A stretch of 64,000 nucleotides of DNA, taken from IMG/VR virus record IMGVR_UViG_3300044796_000656. The stretch is one strand, 5' to 3'. The DNA is from a virus (lineage: Duplodnaviria > Heunggongvirae > Uroviricota > Caudoviricetes). Made by a program: the position numbers and the translations under genes. Numbering within the stretch: the first letter of the stretch is position 1; each line of letters starts with the position of its first letter. Below are positions 44,923 through 54,852 of this stretch, piece by piece. The notes beneath the pieces are model-generated. The model had not been told where the DNA came from and made no database searches. It worked only from the letters and a program-made list of their open reading frames with translations.

Positions 44923-47913
44923 ATGAGTACGGCAACTGAAGTTATGACTACGGGGTTGGAGTTTGGCCGCCATTTTAGCGATGGCAAAAATCCGTTCAAC
45001 ACTGTCGAGTGGGAAACGCGCGATGCCCAGATCACCGATGCCAAGGGCGCAATGGTCTTCGAACAGAAGGGTATTGATGTCCCTAAAGACTGGTCCATGA
45101 CCGCGACGAATATTACTGCCAGCAAGTATTTTCACGGCAAAATTGGTACGCCGGAACGTGAGTCGAGTGTCTCTTCGCTAATCGCGCGTGTTGTCTCAAC
45201 GATCACGAGTTGGGGAAAGAAGGATGGTTACTTCAAGACCGAACGCGATGCTCAAATCTTTACCGACGAGCTGGCGACACTGCTAGTAAAGCAGTACGGG
45301 ACATTTAACTCGCCGGTCTGGTTCAACGTCGGCTGCGACGCTCTGGAGCCCGAGTCGAAGACGGCTAACTGGCACTGGGACTATGCCGAGACCAAAGTCC
45401 GTTTCGACCGTGTCGGGTACAGCCGGCCGCAGTGCTCGGCATGCTTCATCAACAGCGTCAAGGACGACATGGTTTCGATCCTGGAGCTGGCCAAGACTGA
45501 AGGCATGCTCTTTAAGTGGGGTTCGGGCACGGGGACAAATCTATCGCCCCTGCGTGCCGATGGGGAACTCCTGGCCGGCGGTGGGACCGCCAGCGGGCCT
45601 ATCTCGTTCATGAAGGGATTCGACGCCTTTGCCGGAGTCATCAAGAGCGGCGGCAAGACTCGCCGCGCTGCCAAGATGGTGATCCTGAACGCCGATCATC
45701 CGGATATCGAGGCTTTCATCGAGTGCAAGGGTAAAGAAGAAGCCAAGGCGCATGCCCTGATCTCGGTGGGATACGACGGCAGCGGCCCGGAGTCGGAAGC
45801 CTATAACTCCATCTTCTTCCAGAACGCCAATAACTCAGTCCGCGTGACCGATGACTTCATGAAGTCGGCGGTTGAAGGTGGCGGCGTCGATGACACCTGG
45901 CCACTCACTGCGCGCACTAACGCAGAACCGTTACGCTTTGTGAGTGCCGAAAAACTTCTGGACAAGATGGCGAAGGAAGCCTGGAGTTGTGGAGATCCGG
46001 GTATCCAGTTCGACAGCAAGATCAACGAATGGCATACCTGCAAAAGAAGCGGCAGGATCAATGCCAGCAATCCATGCAGCGAGTTCATGTTCCTCGATGA
46101 CACGGCCTGCAATCTGGCGTCGCTGAACTTGCTGAAGTTCCTTAAAGAAGACGGCACGTTCGACGTCACCGGCTTCGTTCAGGCGGTTCATCTCTTCATC
46201 GTCGCCCAAGACATCCTGATCGATAACTCGGGGTACCCGACGGAAGCGATTGCCAAGAACTCGCATGATTTCCGGCCGCTTGGTCTGGGATATGCGAACC
46301 TCGGCGCCATGCTGATGGCGATGGGGGTTCCCTACGACAGCGACCAGGGCCGCGGCATTGCCGCTGCCATTACCGCGATCATGACCGGCACGGCGTATGC
46401 CCGCTCGGCTCACATGGCTGCGTCGCTTCCTCGTATCGAAGCCGCTGGTGAATTTGACTCTCCGTTGGTCGCGACCTTCCCTGGATATTGGGAAAATCGC
46501 GAATCGATGGCGGAAGTCATCGCCAAGCACACTCTGATGGCCCGCACCCTCTATGCCGAGATCCCCGAGTATCTACGCGAAGCTGCGTGTGACTCTTGGG
46601 GCGCTGCCGGCGACTGGGGTCGTAAAGTCGGGTTCCGCAACTCGCAGGTAACTGTCCTGGCGCCGACCGGAACGATCGGTTTCATGATGGACTGCGATAC
46701 CACAGGCGTCGAGCCTCTGCTCGGACTTGTGGTGTTCAAGAAGTTGGTTGGTGGCGGCTTTATGAAGTTACCGAACGGGGTTGTTCCGAGAGCCCTCCGC
46801 AGCCTGGGATACACGCAGTTCGAAGCCGATGGCATCTTGAAGCACGTCCAGGATTTCGGAACAGTCGAGGCAAGCACGCTCGACAAGGACCATCTGGATG
46901 TCTTCGATTGTGCCCTTCGGCCGCAACAGGGTAAGCGTTCAATTGCCTGGACCGGTCACATCCGAATGATGGAAGTGGTTCAGCCGTTTCTTTCCGGTGC
47001 GATCTCGAAGACGGTCAATATGCCCGAGGAGACCACGGTGGAGGATGTTAAGACGGCCTACATCGAGTCCTGGCGCCGCGGGCTGAAGTCGGTTGCCATC
47101 TATCGCGACGGTTCCAAGAAGAACCAGGTACTCGTTACCAAGCGTGATGAGAGCAAGGATATGGGGTCGATTATGAAGACAGCAACTGCTTTGGAAGATC
47201 CGTTAGGAGAAGTGGCCCGAATTGGTTTGGAAGCAAGCGATCAGAAGCAATCATTCTATCGGCCTCCGAAGACGGTCGAGACGATTGACATGGCCGCGCC
47301 GCCCAAGGCCGTGCGCCACAAACTTCCTGACGAACGGATGGCCCTTACCCACAAGTTCAACATTGCGGGGCATGAGGGATACCTGACGATCGGGTTGTAT
47401 GCCAATGGCCAGCCGGGTGAGATCTTCATCACGATGTCGAAGGAAGGTTCGACCATGTCGGGGCTGATGGACAGCTTCGCGATGGTGGTATCCGTGGCCC
47501 TGCAACACGGGGTTGCTCTGACAACGTTGATTGACAAACTTGCGCATACGCGCTTCGAGCCTAGCGGTTGGTCTCAGAACCAGCAGATCGGCTACGCCAA
47601 GTCGATCATGGATTACATCTTCCGCTATCTCGAACAACGGTTTGTGAAGGGCGAACAGTTGTCGTTCTTCGCGCAAACGCCACCGGCGAATGCAGTCGTA
47701 AAGGAAGTTCCCCAGGTGGAACCTAAAGCTGAATATCCGGTGGAGTCTTTAAGTGTCCTTTTAGGTATGGAGTCCGGTCACGCTGCCGACAAGATGGCGG
47801 AGTTGATGGACTTTGGAGATGCCCCGAGTTGTTCGGTTTGCGGAGCCATCATGGCCCGCAACGGCTCTTGCTACAAATGCATGTCCTGCGGTTCAACCAG
47901 CGGGTGTTCGTAG
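44923..47913 (+). CDS. nrdJ: class II (adenosylcobalamin-dependent) ribonucleotide reductase
   Basis: Active-site motif NPCSEF. About 1000 aa monomeric layout. C-terminal CSVCG...CYKCMSCG zinc finger. Confidence 0.9.
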   Translation: MSTATEVMTTGLEFGRHFSDGKNPFNTVEWETRDAQITDAKGAMVFEQKGIDVPKDWSMTATNITASKYFHGKIGTPERESSVSSLIARVVSTITSWGKKDGYFKTERDAQIFTDELATLLVKQYGTFNSPVWFNVGCDALEPESKTANWHWDYAETKVRFDRVGYSRPQCSACFINSVKDDMVSILELAKTEGMLFKWGSGTGTNLSPLRADGELLAGGGTASGPISFMKGFDAFAGVIKSGGKTRRAAKMVILNADHPDIEAFIECKGKEEAKAHALISVGYDGSGPESEAYNSIFFQNANNSVRVTDDFMKSAVEGGGVDDTWPLTARTNAEPLRFVSAEKLLDKMAKEAWSCGDPGIQFDSKINEWHTCKRSGRINASNPCSEFMFLDDTACNLASLNLLKFLKEDGTFDVTGFVQAVHLFIVAQDILIDNSGYPTEAIAKNSHDFRPLGLGYANLGAMLMAMGVPYDSDQGRGIAAAITAIMTGTAYARSAHMAASLPRIEAAGEFDSPLVATFPGYWENRESMAEVIAKHTLMARTLYAEIPEYLREAACDSWGAAGDWGRKVGFRNSQVTVLAPTGTIGFMMDCDTTGVEPLLGLVVFKKLVGGGFMKLPNGVVPRALRSLGYTQFEADGILKHVQDFGTVEASTLDKDHLDVFDCALRPQQGKRSIAWTGHIRMMEVVQPFLSGAISKTVNMPEETTVEDVKTAYIESWRRGLKSVAIYRDGSKKNQVLVTKRDESKDMGSIMKTATALEDPLGEVARIGLEASDQKQSFYRPPKTVETIDMAAPPKAVRHKLPDERMALTHKFNIAGHEGYLTIGLYANGQPGEIFITMSKEGSTMSGLMDSFAMVVSVALQHGVALTTLIDKLAHTRFEPSGWSQNQQIGYAKSIMDYIFRYLEQRFVKGEQLSFFAQTPPANAVVKEVPQVEPKAEYPVESLSVLLGMESGHAADKMAELMDFGDAPSCSVCGAIMARNGSCYKCMSCGSTSGCS

Positions 47914-47970
47914 TACCGATGACTGGGGCCTTGCTTTGGTAGGGCAGGGCCACAGTTCTACAAAATAATC

Positions 47971-48255
47971 ATGAAATCATCTGATACCCCGGAGAATAAA
48001 CCCGTGAAGTCCGAATTGTGCGGGAAATCCCGCATCTCTGTCACCGCCATGTATTCCAATGGCGTTCCCCTTATGGACGAGAAAGAGTTTCTCGCTGATG
48101 TGATTCAGCGGAAGACCGACCCGGCTGCGGGCCAAACTGTACTCGCCTTTGTGGTTCCCTCACAACTTGCGTCCAGCATTAAAGACGCACTGCAACGCGG
48201 TGAGGTAGGACTCTTCATCGAAGGCATTCCTGCGCCCAATGAGAGGGGTTCGTAG
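47971..48255 (+). CDS. hypothetical protein
   Basis: 94 aa. Confidence 0.45.
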   Translation: MKSSDTPENKPVKSELCGKSRISVTAMYSNGVPLMDEKEFLADVIQRKTDPAAGQTVLAFVVPSQLASSIKDALQRGEVGLFIEGIPAPNERGS

Positions 48256-48826
48256 GGTGGCGGCCAAGATCGTCGGGGAGATCCCGGAGTCGATCTCCCT
48301 TGATGTGCAGTTCTATACGGTCGTGGGAACTCCTAAAGAGTCACCCGCTTACAAGGTCGTTGCCCCATTCCTGCGGATGGATGGCAAACCCTTGACTATT
48401 TTCCTGGCCAAACCCAAAGGCAGTACTCGTTGGGTGCTTTCTGACGGAAATCAGACTTTAAGTGACTTCTCTGGCACCGGTTGGTCGTTGCGGCCGGCGA
48501 TGTTGACCCAGTTGGTGAAGAGTTACGGATTGAAATTGTCGGACACCTTAATGGTGTTCGAGGACAGTGATCGGCTTCTGGATATTCGTATTCAGGTGTT
48601 TATCCAGTGTGCCGTCGCGATTGACGGAATCCTCCGTATGTGGGGTCTATCGTCACCTCCGCGCGTGAATGCGCCCAAGGAGGGAAAGGAAAGCGGATAT
48701 GCAGGTACGGAACTCAGTGCCAGTCAGAGAGTTAACGTCAGTCCAGCTATTGCACGGACTAATCCTCGTCAAAGTAAAGCGTCTCGATCCAAAGGCAAAG
48801 TTGCCGGAGTACGCACACGTCGGTGA
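48256..48826 (+). CDS. hypothetical protein
   Basis: GTG start. The 3' end overlaps the dUTPase gene out of frame, and the C-terminal 60 aa are low-complexity, so the extent is doubtful. Confidence 0.3.
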
Positions 48827-49304
48827 ACTCGGCGACAGCGCCTTCGATGTGTTCTCGAATGAGTACATCGAGCTGAAACCCTATGACATGGCTACCGTTC
48901 ATACCGGCATTGCCTATCAGACGCCGCCAGGTTGGGCGTTGCAGGTCTTCAGTCGCTCCGGTCTGACGCGCAACCATGGGGTTACTACCCGCGGCGGTGT
49001 GATCGACAACGGTTACACCGGGGAAATGGTCGTCGTGCTCAAGAACGAAGGCCGGGAGACGTTCCTGATCGAGCCGGGCGACAAGATCGCTCAGGTGAAG
49101 CTGGAACGTCATTACGAGGCTTCGTTTGAGGAAGTCGCCGAACTCGATGCCACCGAACGTGGCGCCAATGGATTTGGGTCCACGGGAATGAGTGAAAGGC
49201 CGGTCTGCGACGGTTGTCAGTCTGGAATTGCATTGACGGAGGACGGTAGGACTCACGTCACGCGAGGTCTTGTCTACGGACCCTGCACAAAATCATTGCA
49301 GTAA
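48699..49304 (+). CDS. dut: dUTPase
   Basis: Motifs GDSAFDV, GVIDNGYTGE and ERGANGFGSTG. Start may be the TTG at 48743. Confidence 0.8.
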   Translation: MQVRNSVPVRELTSVQLLHGLILVKVKRLDPKAKLPEYAHVGELGDSAFDVFSNEYIELKPYDMATVHTGIAYQTPPGWALQVFSRSGLTRNHGVTTRGGVIDNGYTGEMVVVLKNEGRETFLIEPGDKIAQVKLERHYEASFEEVAELDATERGANGFGSTGMSERPVCDGCQSGIALTEDGRTHVTRGLVYGPCTKSLQ

Positions 49305-49314
49305 GGGGAAGGCA

Positions 49315-50025
49315 ATGCATTTAGGAAAACTGATCACCGTGGAAGGTACCGATGGTTCCGGTAAAGGTTCTTTACTGAACCGCCTGGAGAAAGCTCTTAG
49401 GGATATGGGCCATGATGTGTTGCGTTCCAGGGAGCCAGGGGCTTCAAACGTCGGTGAAGTTCTACGTGATCTGATGTTCAAGAATCCGGGTTCGGCTCCT
49501 CGGCCTGATGGCGCGATTCCCCTTTCGGGTGCTCAAGTAGATTGCCTGATGTTATGTGACCACATCGGTCATGTGGCTCAGGTAATCCTGCCGGCCCTGA
49601 AACAGGGTAAGTGGATCTTGAGTGACAGGTATGCCGACTCACAGTTCGCTTACTGTGCCGCGCGGGAACACTCTGACCACATCAACGAAGCGTTCTGGAA
49701 GCATTATGGGCCTATGCCGGACATTACGATTCTCCTGGTCGGCGACGTCAATGAGATGTTGCGCCGTGCTAAGACTCGTGATGATTCCCCGGACGCCAAG
49801 GAACCTGGAAAACAGGCGGCAAAGAGCTGGAGCAAAGTCGAGATGCAGACCCGTATCCAGAACGCCTATCTGCATAACCTGAGCAACCAACCCAGGACCG
49901 TCATCGTGGAGGTGACTGGCAAGACGAAAGAACAGGTGTTCGAGGATGCTTTCGAGCGCATGTTCATTAAGCTCGCCCAGCGCCCGAAGGTAACCCAATC
50001 AACCATCTTTGAAGCAGTTCAATAG
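49315..50025 (+). CDS. tmk: thymidylate kinase
   Basis: P-loop VEGTDGSGKGS. LID-like region. Confidence 0.8.
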   Translation: MHLGKLITVEGTDGSGKGSLLNRLEKALRDMGHDVLRSREPGASNVGEVLRDLMFKNPGSAPRPDGAIPLSGAQVDCLMLCDHIGHVAQVILPALKQGKWILSDRYADSQFAYCAAREHSDHINEAFWKHYGPMPDITILLVGDVNEMLRRAKTRDDSPDAKEPGKQAAKSWSKVEMQTRIQNAYLHNLSNQPRTVIVEVTGKTKEQVFEDAFERMFIKLAQRPKVTQSTIFEAVQ

Positions 50026-50027
50026 GA

Positions 50028-51467
50028 GTGCCCGTGGCCAAGAAAACAGGCGCTCCAAAAGCGCCCAGGATCAAGAAGCCTCGGAAGTCTAAGTCTTATG
50101 CTCCCCGGCGCGCACAGGTCTCCGGGGTTCACAGTGTTGCGATCGAGGAAGAAGTCCCAGTCCCTTATTGGGTTGTGGGAAGTTCCGACTGGATCGACAA
50201 CTGGTTTGATCTCGATGCGCTTCCCGAGGGGAGGGTACTGCGAGTTTCTTCGCCCGGGGATCTTGGCCAGATCAAGGAGGAACTTTCCAAAGAGCCCATA
50301 CATACGCTGGATACCGAAACCGGCCAGGATGTAAACACGCGTGCGGACGCCAGTGAGTTCGACAAGGTATGGGGAATGGAACCCTGGATGCCTACGTCTC
50401 AGGTGCTAATGGCGCAGTATGGCACCGCGCGTCGGCCGCTGATTCTCGAACCCCGGTTACTGGGAGAGTTGCGTTGCTTCCTGGAATCGGACCAGTTCTT
50501 GAAAATCCTTCAAAACTCAGTGTTCGATTTCAAGTTTTTACTGAAAAAGCACGCTGTCCATCTGGTGCGCATTTACGACACCATGCTTGCCGAACAGGTC
50601 TTGACCGCCGGCCGACCGGGTCTGAAGGTCACATTGCTGGATCTGGCAAGACGTTACGCGCCATACCGGATCATCCGAAAGGATGTCCGTGATGAGTTTG
50701 TGACGTTCAAGATCGGTATCCAGAAGTTCTCCAAAGAGATGACTGATTACTCAGGGCGAGACATAGTCTTGCCGCCCGATATTATGGCCGGCCAGGTCCC
50801 TGAGCTTCGCAAATGGAAGTTGGAAGACGTTGCCAAGGCGGAGTTCGAATGTGTCCCCTGCACGGCGGAGATGGAGCTTTTCGGGGTCCACCTGGACGGT
50901 GACATTCTCGAACTGGCGCTTACTGCTTACCGGGAAGATGACATTGAGTTGCGCGAGAAGATCATGGCTGCCGTGGGTTCGTCCTTAGCAGATGCCGGTC
51001 ACTCTATGGGCCTGTTCGGCCAGGAGGGATTCTCGTTCGATCTGAAGTCAATCCCCGAACGCCTGCGGATCTTCCGGGATCTGTTGGGTTTCGACATGGA
51101 AGACGCTACGCGCGAGTCCATGTTGAATATCCCGCACGAAGCCGCCCAGGACATCGCCAAGTGGACAGCAGTAGATAAAGTCCTAACCACGTATGGCGAC
51201 GGTCTGATCAAGAAGATCTCACCGTACGATGGCAGATTCCATCCGAGGTTTAGTCAGCTCGGACTGGGCGACCAGGAAGCCCGGAGCGGTAAGAAGACCA
51301 ACATCGCCACCGGACGTTACTCCTCGAACTTCCAGCAATTACCGAAACCCATCGAACGCTTTGCCAAGGTCGCTGACCTGGGCGAGCAGGGCATGATCAA
51401 TGCCACGTTCGAAGCGCAGATCGCGCAGATACGTCAGCAGAGGGGATTGCTACATGCCGCAGCCTAG
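50028..51467 (+). CDS. DNA polymerase I family, N-terminal fragment (3'-5' exonuclease and thumb), ending just before motif A
   Basis: Exo I LDTETG. TGRYSSNFQQLPKP aligns with the TGRLSS..PNLQNIP element. Ends with a stop codon. Confidence 0.75.
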   Translation: MPVAKKTGAPKAPRIKKPRKSKSYAPRRAQVSGVHSVAIEEEVPVPYWVVGSSDWIDNWFDLDALPEGRVLRVSSPGDLGQIKEELSKEPIHTLDTETGQDVNTRADASEFDKVWGMEPWMPTSQVLMAQYGTARRPLILEPRLLGELRCFLESDQFLKILQNSVFDFKFLLKKHAVHLVRIYDTMLAEQVLTAGRPGLKVTLLDLARRYAPYRIIRKDVRDEFVTFKIGIQKFSKEMTDYSGRDIVLPPDIMAGQVPELRKWKLEDVAKAEFECVPCTAEMELFGVHLDGDILELALTAYREDDIELREKIMAAVGSSLADAGHSMGLFGQEGFSFDLKSIPERLRIFRDLLGFDMEDATRESMLNIPHEAAQDIAKWTAVDKVLTTYGDGLIKKISPYDGRFHPRFSQLGLGDQEARSGKKTNIATGRYSSNFQQLPKPIERFAKVADLGEQGMINATFEAQIAQIRQQRGLLHAAA

Positions 51468-51840
51468 CCAGGAAGTAAAGGTCGGCCAGATCTGGAAGGA
51501 CAACGACCGACGGGAGAAACACCGTCTGGTCCGTGTGGAGTCAATCGACGGTCGGTTTGCGGTTTGCGTTTGTACTACGGGAAACCAGCCAAACCGCAGG
51601 TATCGAATCCAACTTTCCAGGTTCAGACCGATTTCCACCGGATACGTTTTTTGGGGGGATGCTGACGGAGTGGAACTAAAGATAGATAAACGCTACGTCT
51701 TCGGGATCTACATTCCCGAAGGTGGTGATCCGAACGCCATTCCGGTCCTGGAACGTGTGCAAATCAGGGCTCCCGTGATTCATAGCCAAAGTGAATCCGA
51801 TGAAGGTTCTGTAGCAGGAGACAACCATGTCGCAAGCTAA
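51456..51840 (+). CDS. hypothetical protein (insertion ORF 1)
   Basis: ATG overlapping the end of the upstream fragment. 128 aa. Confidence 0.45.
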
Positions 51841-52258
51841 CCAGCAGGTATTCAGGTCGGTTGTAGTTCGTTCCTCAGAAATTGAGGACGAGACGCTCAG
51901 GGAACAGATCGACGGTCGGATGATGTCCTACGAGCAGGCGCTGATGGAGGAATCCTCGGCGCAGTTAGACGTCGAACGCGCGACGGCGAAGTTGCTGCGT
52001 GCCCGGGCCTCGCGTATGGAGTCCCGCGCGGCGGTGCAGGAGTCGTTCGGCAAGGGGGATTCCAGAGTCGCGATGGAACCAAATCCATGGGAGCCCTTCA
52101 GAGATAACAGGGGAGGTGTCTGCATCGAGAACTTCCTGTCGCAGCGAGACCAGCGGAACATGATGCGCGCTCAGAAAGCCAACATGAACCGCCAGGTCGA
52201 GCAGATGACCGAGGGAAACCACGGGGACATGTTCGAGCACGGAAATAACGAATCATGA
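51827..52258 (+). CDS. hypothetical protein (insertion ORF 2)
   Basis: 143 aa. Confidence 0.45.
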   Translation: MSQANQQVFRSVVVRSSEIEDETLREQIDGRMMSYEQALMEESSAQLDVERATAKLLRARASRMESRAAVQESFGKGDSRVAMEPNPWEPFRDNRGGVCIENFLSQRDQRNMMRAQKANMNRQVEQMTEGNHGDMFEHGNNES

Positions 52259-52671
52259 ACATGCAGGCATCGTTATTCGACCCGGCACCGGAGCCTGAAG
52301 TACCGGTGCCTTCTTTTTCCCTGAGTCCTAAGGAAGTCAAGGCCGTCAAGATTGCCAAGCCTCCAGCGCCTGAGATGACCGTGATCCCTGCGCGACCGTT
52401 TCATCCATCTCAGAAACTCGACCTGCCTGCTTGGTTGCGCAAGCACAAGTACGACCTGATTCTTTGTGAACTGGTGGTGCGTGCCAAGACTATCGAGGCT
52501 AACCACCTGCATACCGAAGGGTCTGAGGCTGAGTTGAAGTATCTCCTTGAAGCCTACGGAGGAGACGAGACGCTACTCCGCGCCGATGTCGTGGATACCG
52601 CGCAGTATATCCAGCGGCACCACATGCAGGCAGCAGCTCACAGAACAACCGAAGAAACGAGTCTGACCTAA
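52255..52671 (+). CDS. hypothetical protein with N-terminal QASLF peptide (insertion ORF 3)
   Basis: MNMQASLFDPAPEPEVPVP. Confidence 0.5.
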   Translation: MNMQASLFDPAPEPEVPVPSFSLSPKEVKAVKIAKPPAPEMTVIPARPFHPSQKLDLPAWLRKHKYDLILCELVVRAKTIEANHLHTEGSEAELKYLLEAYGGDETLLRADVVDTAQYIQRHHMQAAAHRTTEETSLT

Positions 52672-53685
52672 ATGGGCACGCAAGCAATGCTGTTCGACTC
52701 TCTGGAGGTGGCGCCGCCGCCGGCTATTGTGACGGCTGGAGCTGGGATCACAGTCAGTACGAAGCCGGTATTCATTGCGACCGTTGATGGCAAATCGTAT
52801 TACCTCGACCTTGATCCCAAGTCCCCGACGTTTAACCAGACGATCTGGAAGGTGCCGGATATCCGTGATGCAGTCACAGCCGAACCCGGCTACCAGATTG
52901 TCGCCAGCGATTATTCGCAGATCGAAATTCGCATCATGGCCTTTCTGTCGAAAGATCCGTGGCTCATTGCCGCGATCAACTCGAAGAAGGACATGCACTG
53001 CTACATGGCAACGGATGTCTTCGGTGAGGAGATGGGCTTCACGTATGAAGACATCGCCGCGGCCACGAAGGGTGAAGATCGAAATTCGCATCCGCGCCAT
53101 AAGGAACTGAACGACGTTCGCAACAATATCAAGCGGACCTCGTTTGGAATCCCCTACGGCGTATCGCCCATTGGACTTTCGTACCTGATCAACAAAGACG
53201 AGAAGTTCGCCGCCATGTTGATGGCCCGCTTCTTTGGGAAAGCCAAAGAGTTAAAGCGTTGGCTTGAAAACCAGGGCGACTTCGCGATCCGGTATGGCTA
53301 CACCTCGACCCTGTTGGGCCGCAAGCGGTTCTATCCAATCCCCTCGCCGGAAGATCCGCGCGCCGAGGAAATGCTTTCTCAGATCCGCCGTTGGAGTGGT
53401 AACCATCCTGTCCAGGGTTCGAACGCCGACATGTTAAAGCTGGCGCTTAACAAGTTGTATCTGGACGTACGTGATGGCGTGTACACCAATCCGGCTAAGT
53501 GGGGAACCCGCCTGTTGTTCGTGGTTCACGATGAAATCGTTGCGACCTGTGAGACCGAACATGCTCCCAAACTGAAAGTAGTTGTGGAGAATGCGATGGA
53601 CTGGGCATACGAACGGCTGATCGGATCGAACAACGTTTATCACAAATCAAAGGCCGTCATCGCCGATGTATGGGCGAAGGCATAA
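52672..53685 (+). CDS. DNA polymerase I family, C-terminal catalytic fragment (motifs A, B, C) with N-terminal QAMLF peptide
   Basis: Motif A DYSQIEIRIMAF. Motif B RNNIKRTSFGIPYG. Motif C VVHDEIV. Has its own ATG and begins MGTQAMLFDSLEVAPPP. Confidence 0.8.
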   Translation: MGTQAMLFDSLEVAPPPAIVTAGAGITVSTKPVFIATVDGKSYYLDLDPKSPTFNQTIWKVPDIRDAVTAEPGYQIVASDYSQIEIRIMAFLSKDPWLIAAINSKKDMHCYMATDVFGEEMGFTYEDIAAATKGEDRNSHPRHKELNDVRNNIKRTSFGIPYGVSPIGLSYLINKDEKFAAMLMARFFGKAKELKRWLENQGDFAIRYGYTSTLLGRKRFYPIPSPEDPRAEEMLSQIRRWSGNHPVQGSNADMLKLALNKLYLDVRDGVYTNPAKWGTRLLFVVHDEIVATCETEHAPKLKVVVENAMDWAYERLIGSNNVYHKSKAVIADVWAKA

Positions 53686-53695
53686 GGGAACGCCT

Positions 53696-53974
53696 ATGAG
53701 TCCCTGGGTTGAGTCTCGTGAAGGGTTTAAGCATCGCCTGATTATGAATCTGCGCGCCCAGGGATTATCCCATCGGGAGGCAGATGCGGCTATCGACATT
53801 GTGGTCAACACGATCAAAGACGCGTTGCAGCGTCACGAAGCCGTAACCATTGAAGGCTTTGGGACATTCAAAGTAGTTCCTACTCCTGCGCCACAAAAAG
53901 CGTGGAAGTTTGGACGTGTAGTAACCCTGCATGAACATGATCGCTTCACCGTGGTCTTCGAGGAGGCTACATGA
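53696..53974 (+). CDS. HU/IHF-like DNA-binding protein
   Basis: GFGTFKVV...R.G signature of HU-family arms. Confidence 0.65.
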   Translation: MSPWVESREGFKHRLIMNLRAQGLSHREADAAIDIVVNTIKDALQRHEAVTIEGFGTFKVVPTPAPQKAWKFGRVVTLHEHDRFTVVFEEAT

Positions 53975-54798
53975 GCGGACGCGGAGGTATGTGCCGTAAT
54001 CCATTCGGAAAACGGTTCAACAACAACAAAGGGGAGTTCGAGAGTAATCCTCGCTTCGACAAGATCGACGACATCCTCAAGATAGTCATGAACGGCAATA
54101 CAGATCCGGAGTACGCGATCTTTGCCGCAGCTCTGCTGAAAGACATTCATAACTACCTTTATTGGAGTCTGGGCGACAACAAGTGTACTGACGTGAAGTG
54201 GCAGGACGCCTACGACTATCTGTTCGTGATCCAGGGCGACAAGCCGGAGACTTGGGGAAAAGCCCGTATTGAACGTTCGGTAGAACATACCGAGGACAAT
54301 CGGCGAATCACTCATAAAGTCCGGTTGACCGACGAGGACATGAAGCGTCGTACGTTTGATGCGCATTACGAACTGCTGCGGCTTCAGGAAGTTCTACCGA
54401 TAAGCAGTTTCCGGCGACTCCTAAAGGAACGACGGGCTGAGATCCTTCGCCAGAACCGTGAACAGGTAGAAGACTACCTGCGCTCCGAGCGCGTCAGGGA
54501 ATTGGAGAACTACCCGGATGGTTCTCAGATGCGTATTTCGTTCTACAACCACGATCTTATTAAGACTCTGACGAGTCCTGAAAGCATGCAGCAGGTTGCA
54601 GAGTTGGTGCTTGGTCCGGTACCGGCGCCGCCTCGGCCATGCCGCACCCCGCGGCGCCGCTTGACGCAACCAAGAAAGAAACCGTTGTGCCAGGGGACTG
54701 AGGAGGGATTGTTTGAAAAGTACCCGATTGCTGATCGTAACGCTGATCACGATAGCCAGCGTGTTGCTGGACATCTTGTATCTGTACAAACTTCGTAA
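53971..54798 (+). CDS. hypothetical protein
   Basis: 275 aa. Confidence 0.5.
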   Translation: MSGRGGMCRNPFGKRFNNNKGEFESNPRFDKIDDILKIVMNGNTDPEYAIFAAALLKDIHNYLYWSLGDNKCTDVKWQDAYDYLFVIQGDKPETWGKARIERSVEHTEDNRRITHKVRLTDEDMKRRTFDAHYELLRLQEVLPISSFRRLLKERRAEILRQNREQVEDYLRSERVRELENYPDGSQMRISFYNHDLIKTLTSPESMQQVAELVLGPVPAPPRPCRTPRRRLTQPRKKPLCQGTEEGLFEKYPIADRNADHDSQRVAGHLVSVQTS

Positions 54799-54852
54799 CG
54801 GTGGGGCGACCCACCGTATCACCATCACGCCTACCAGCATGGGAGGGTAATC

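Noticed and set aside
51467-52672. Intein in DNA polymerase I
   Set aside because: The two polymerase halves are in separate ORFs with a stop and a new ATG and RBS. There is no continuous frame and no visible intein splice motifs.
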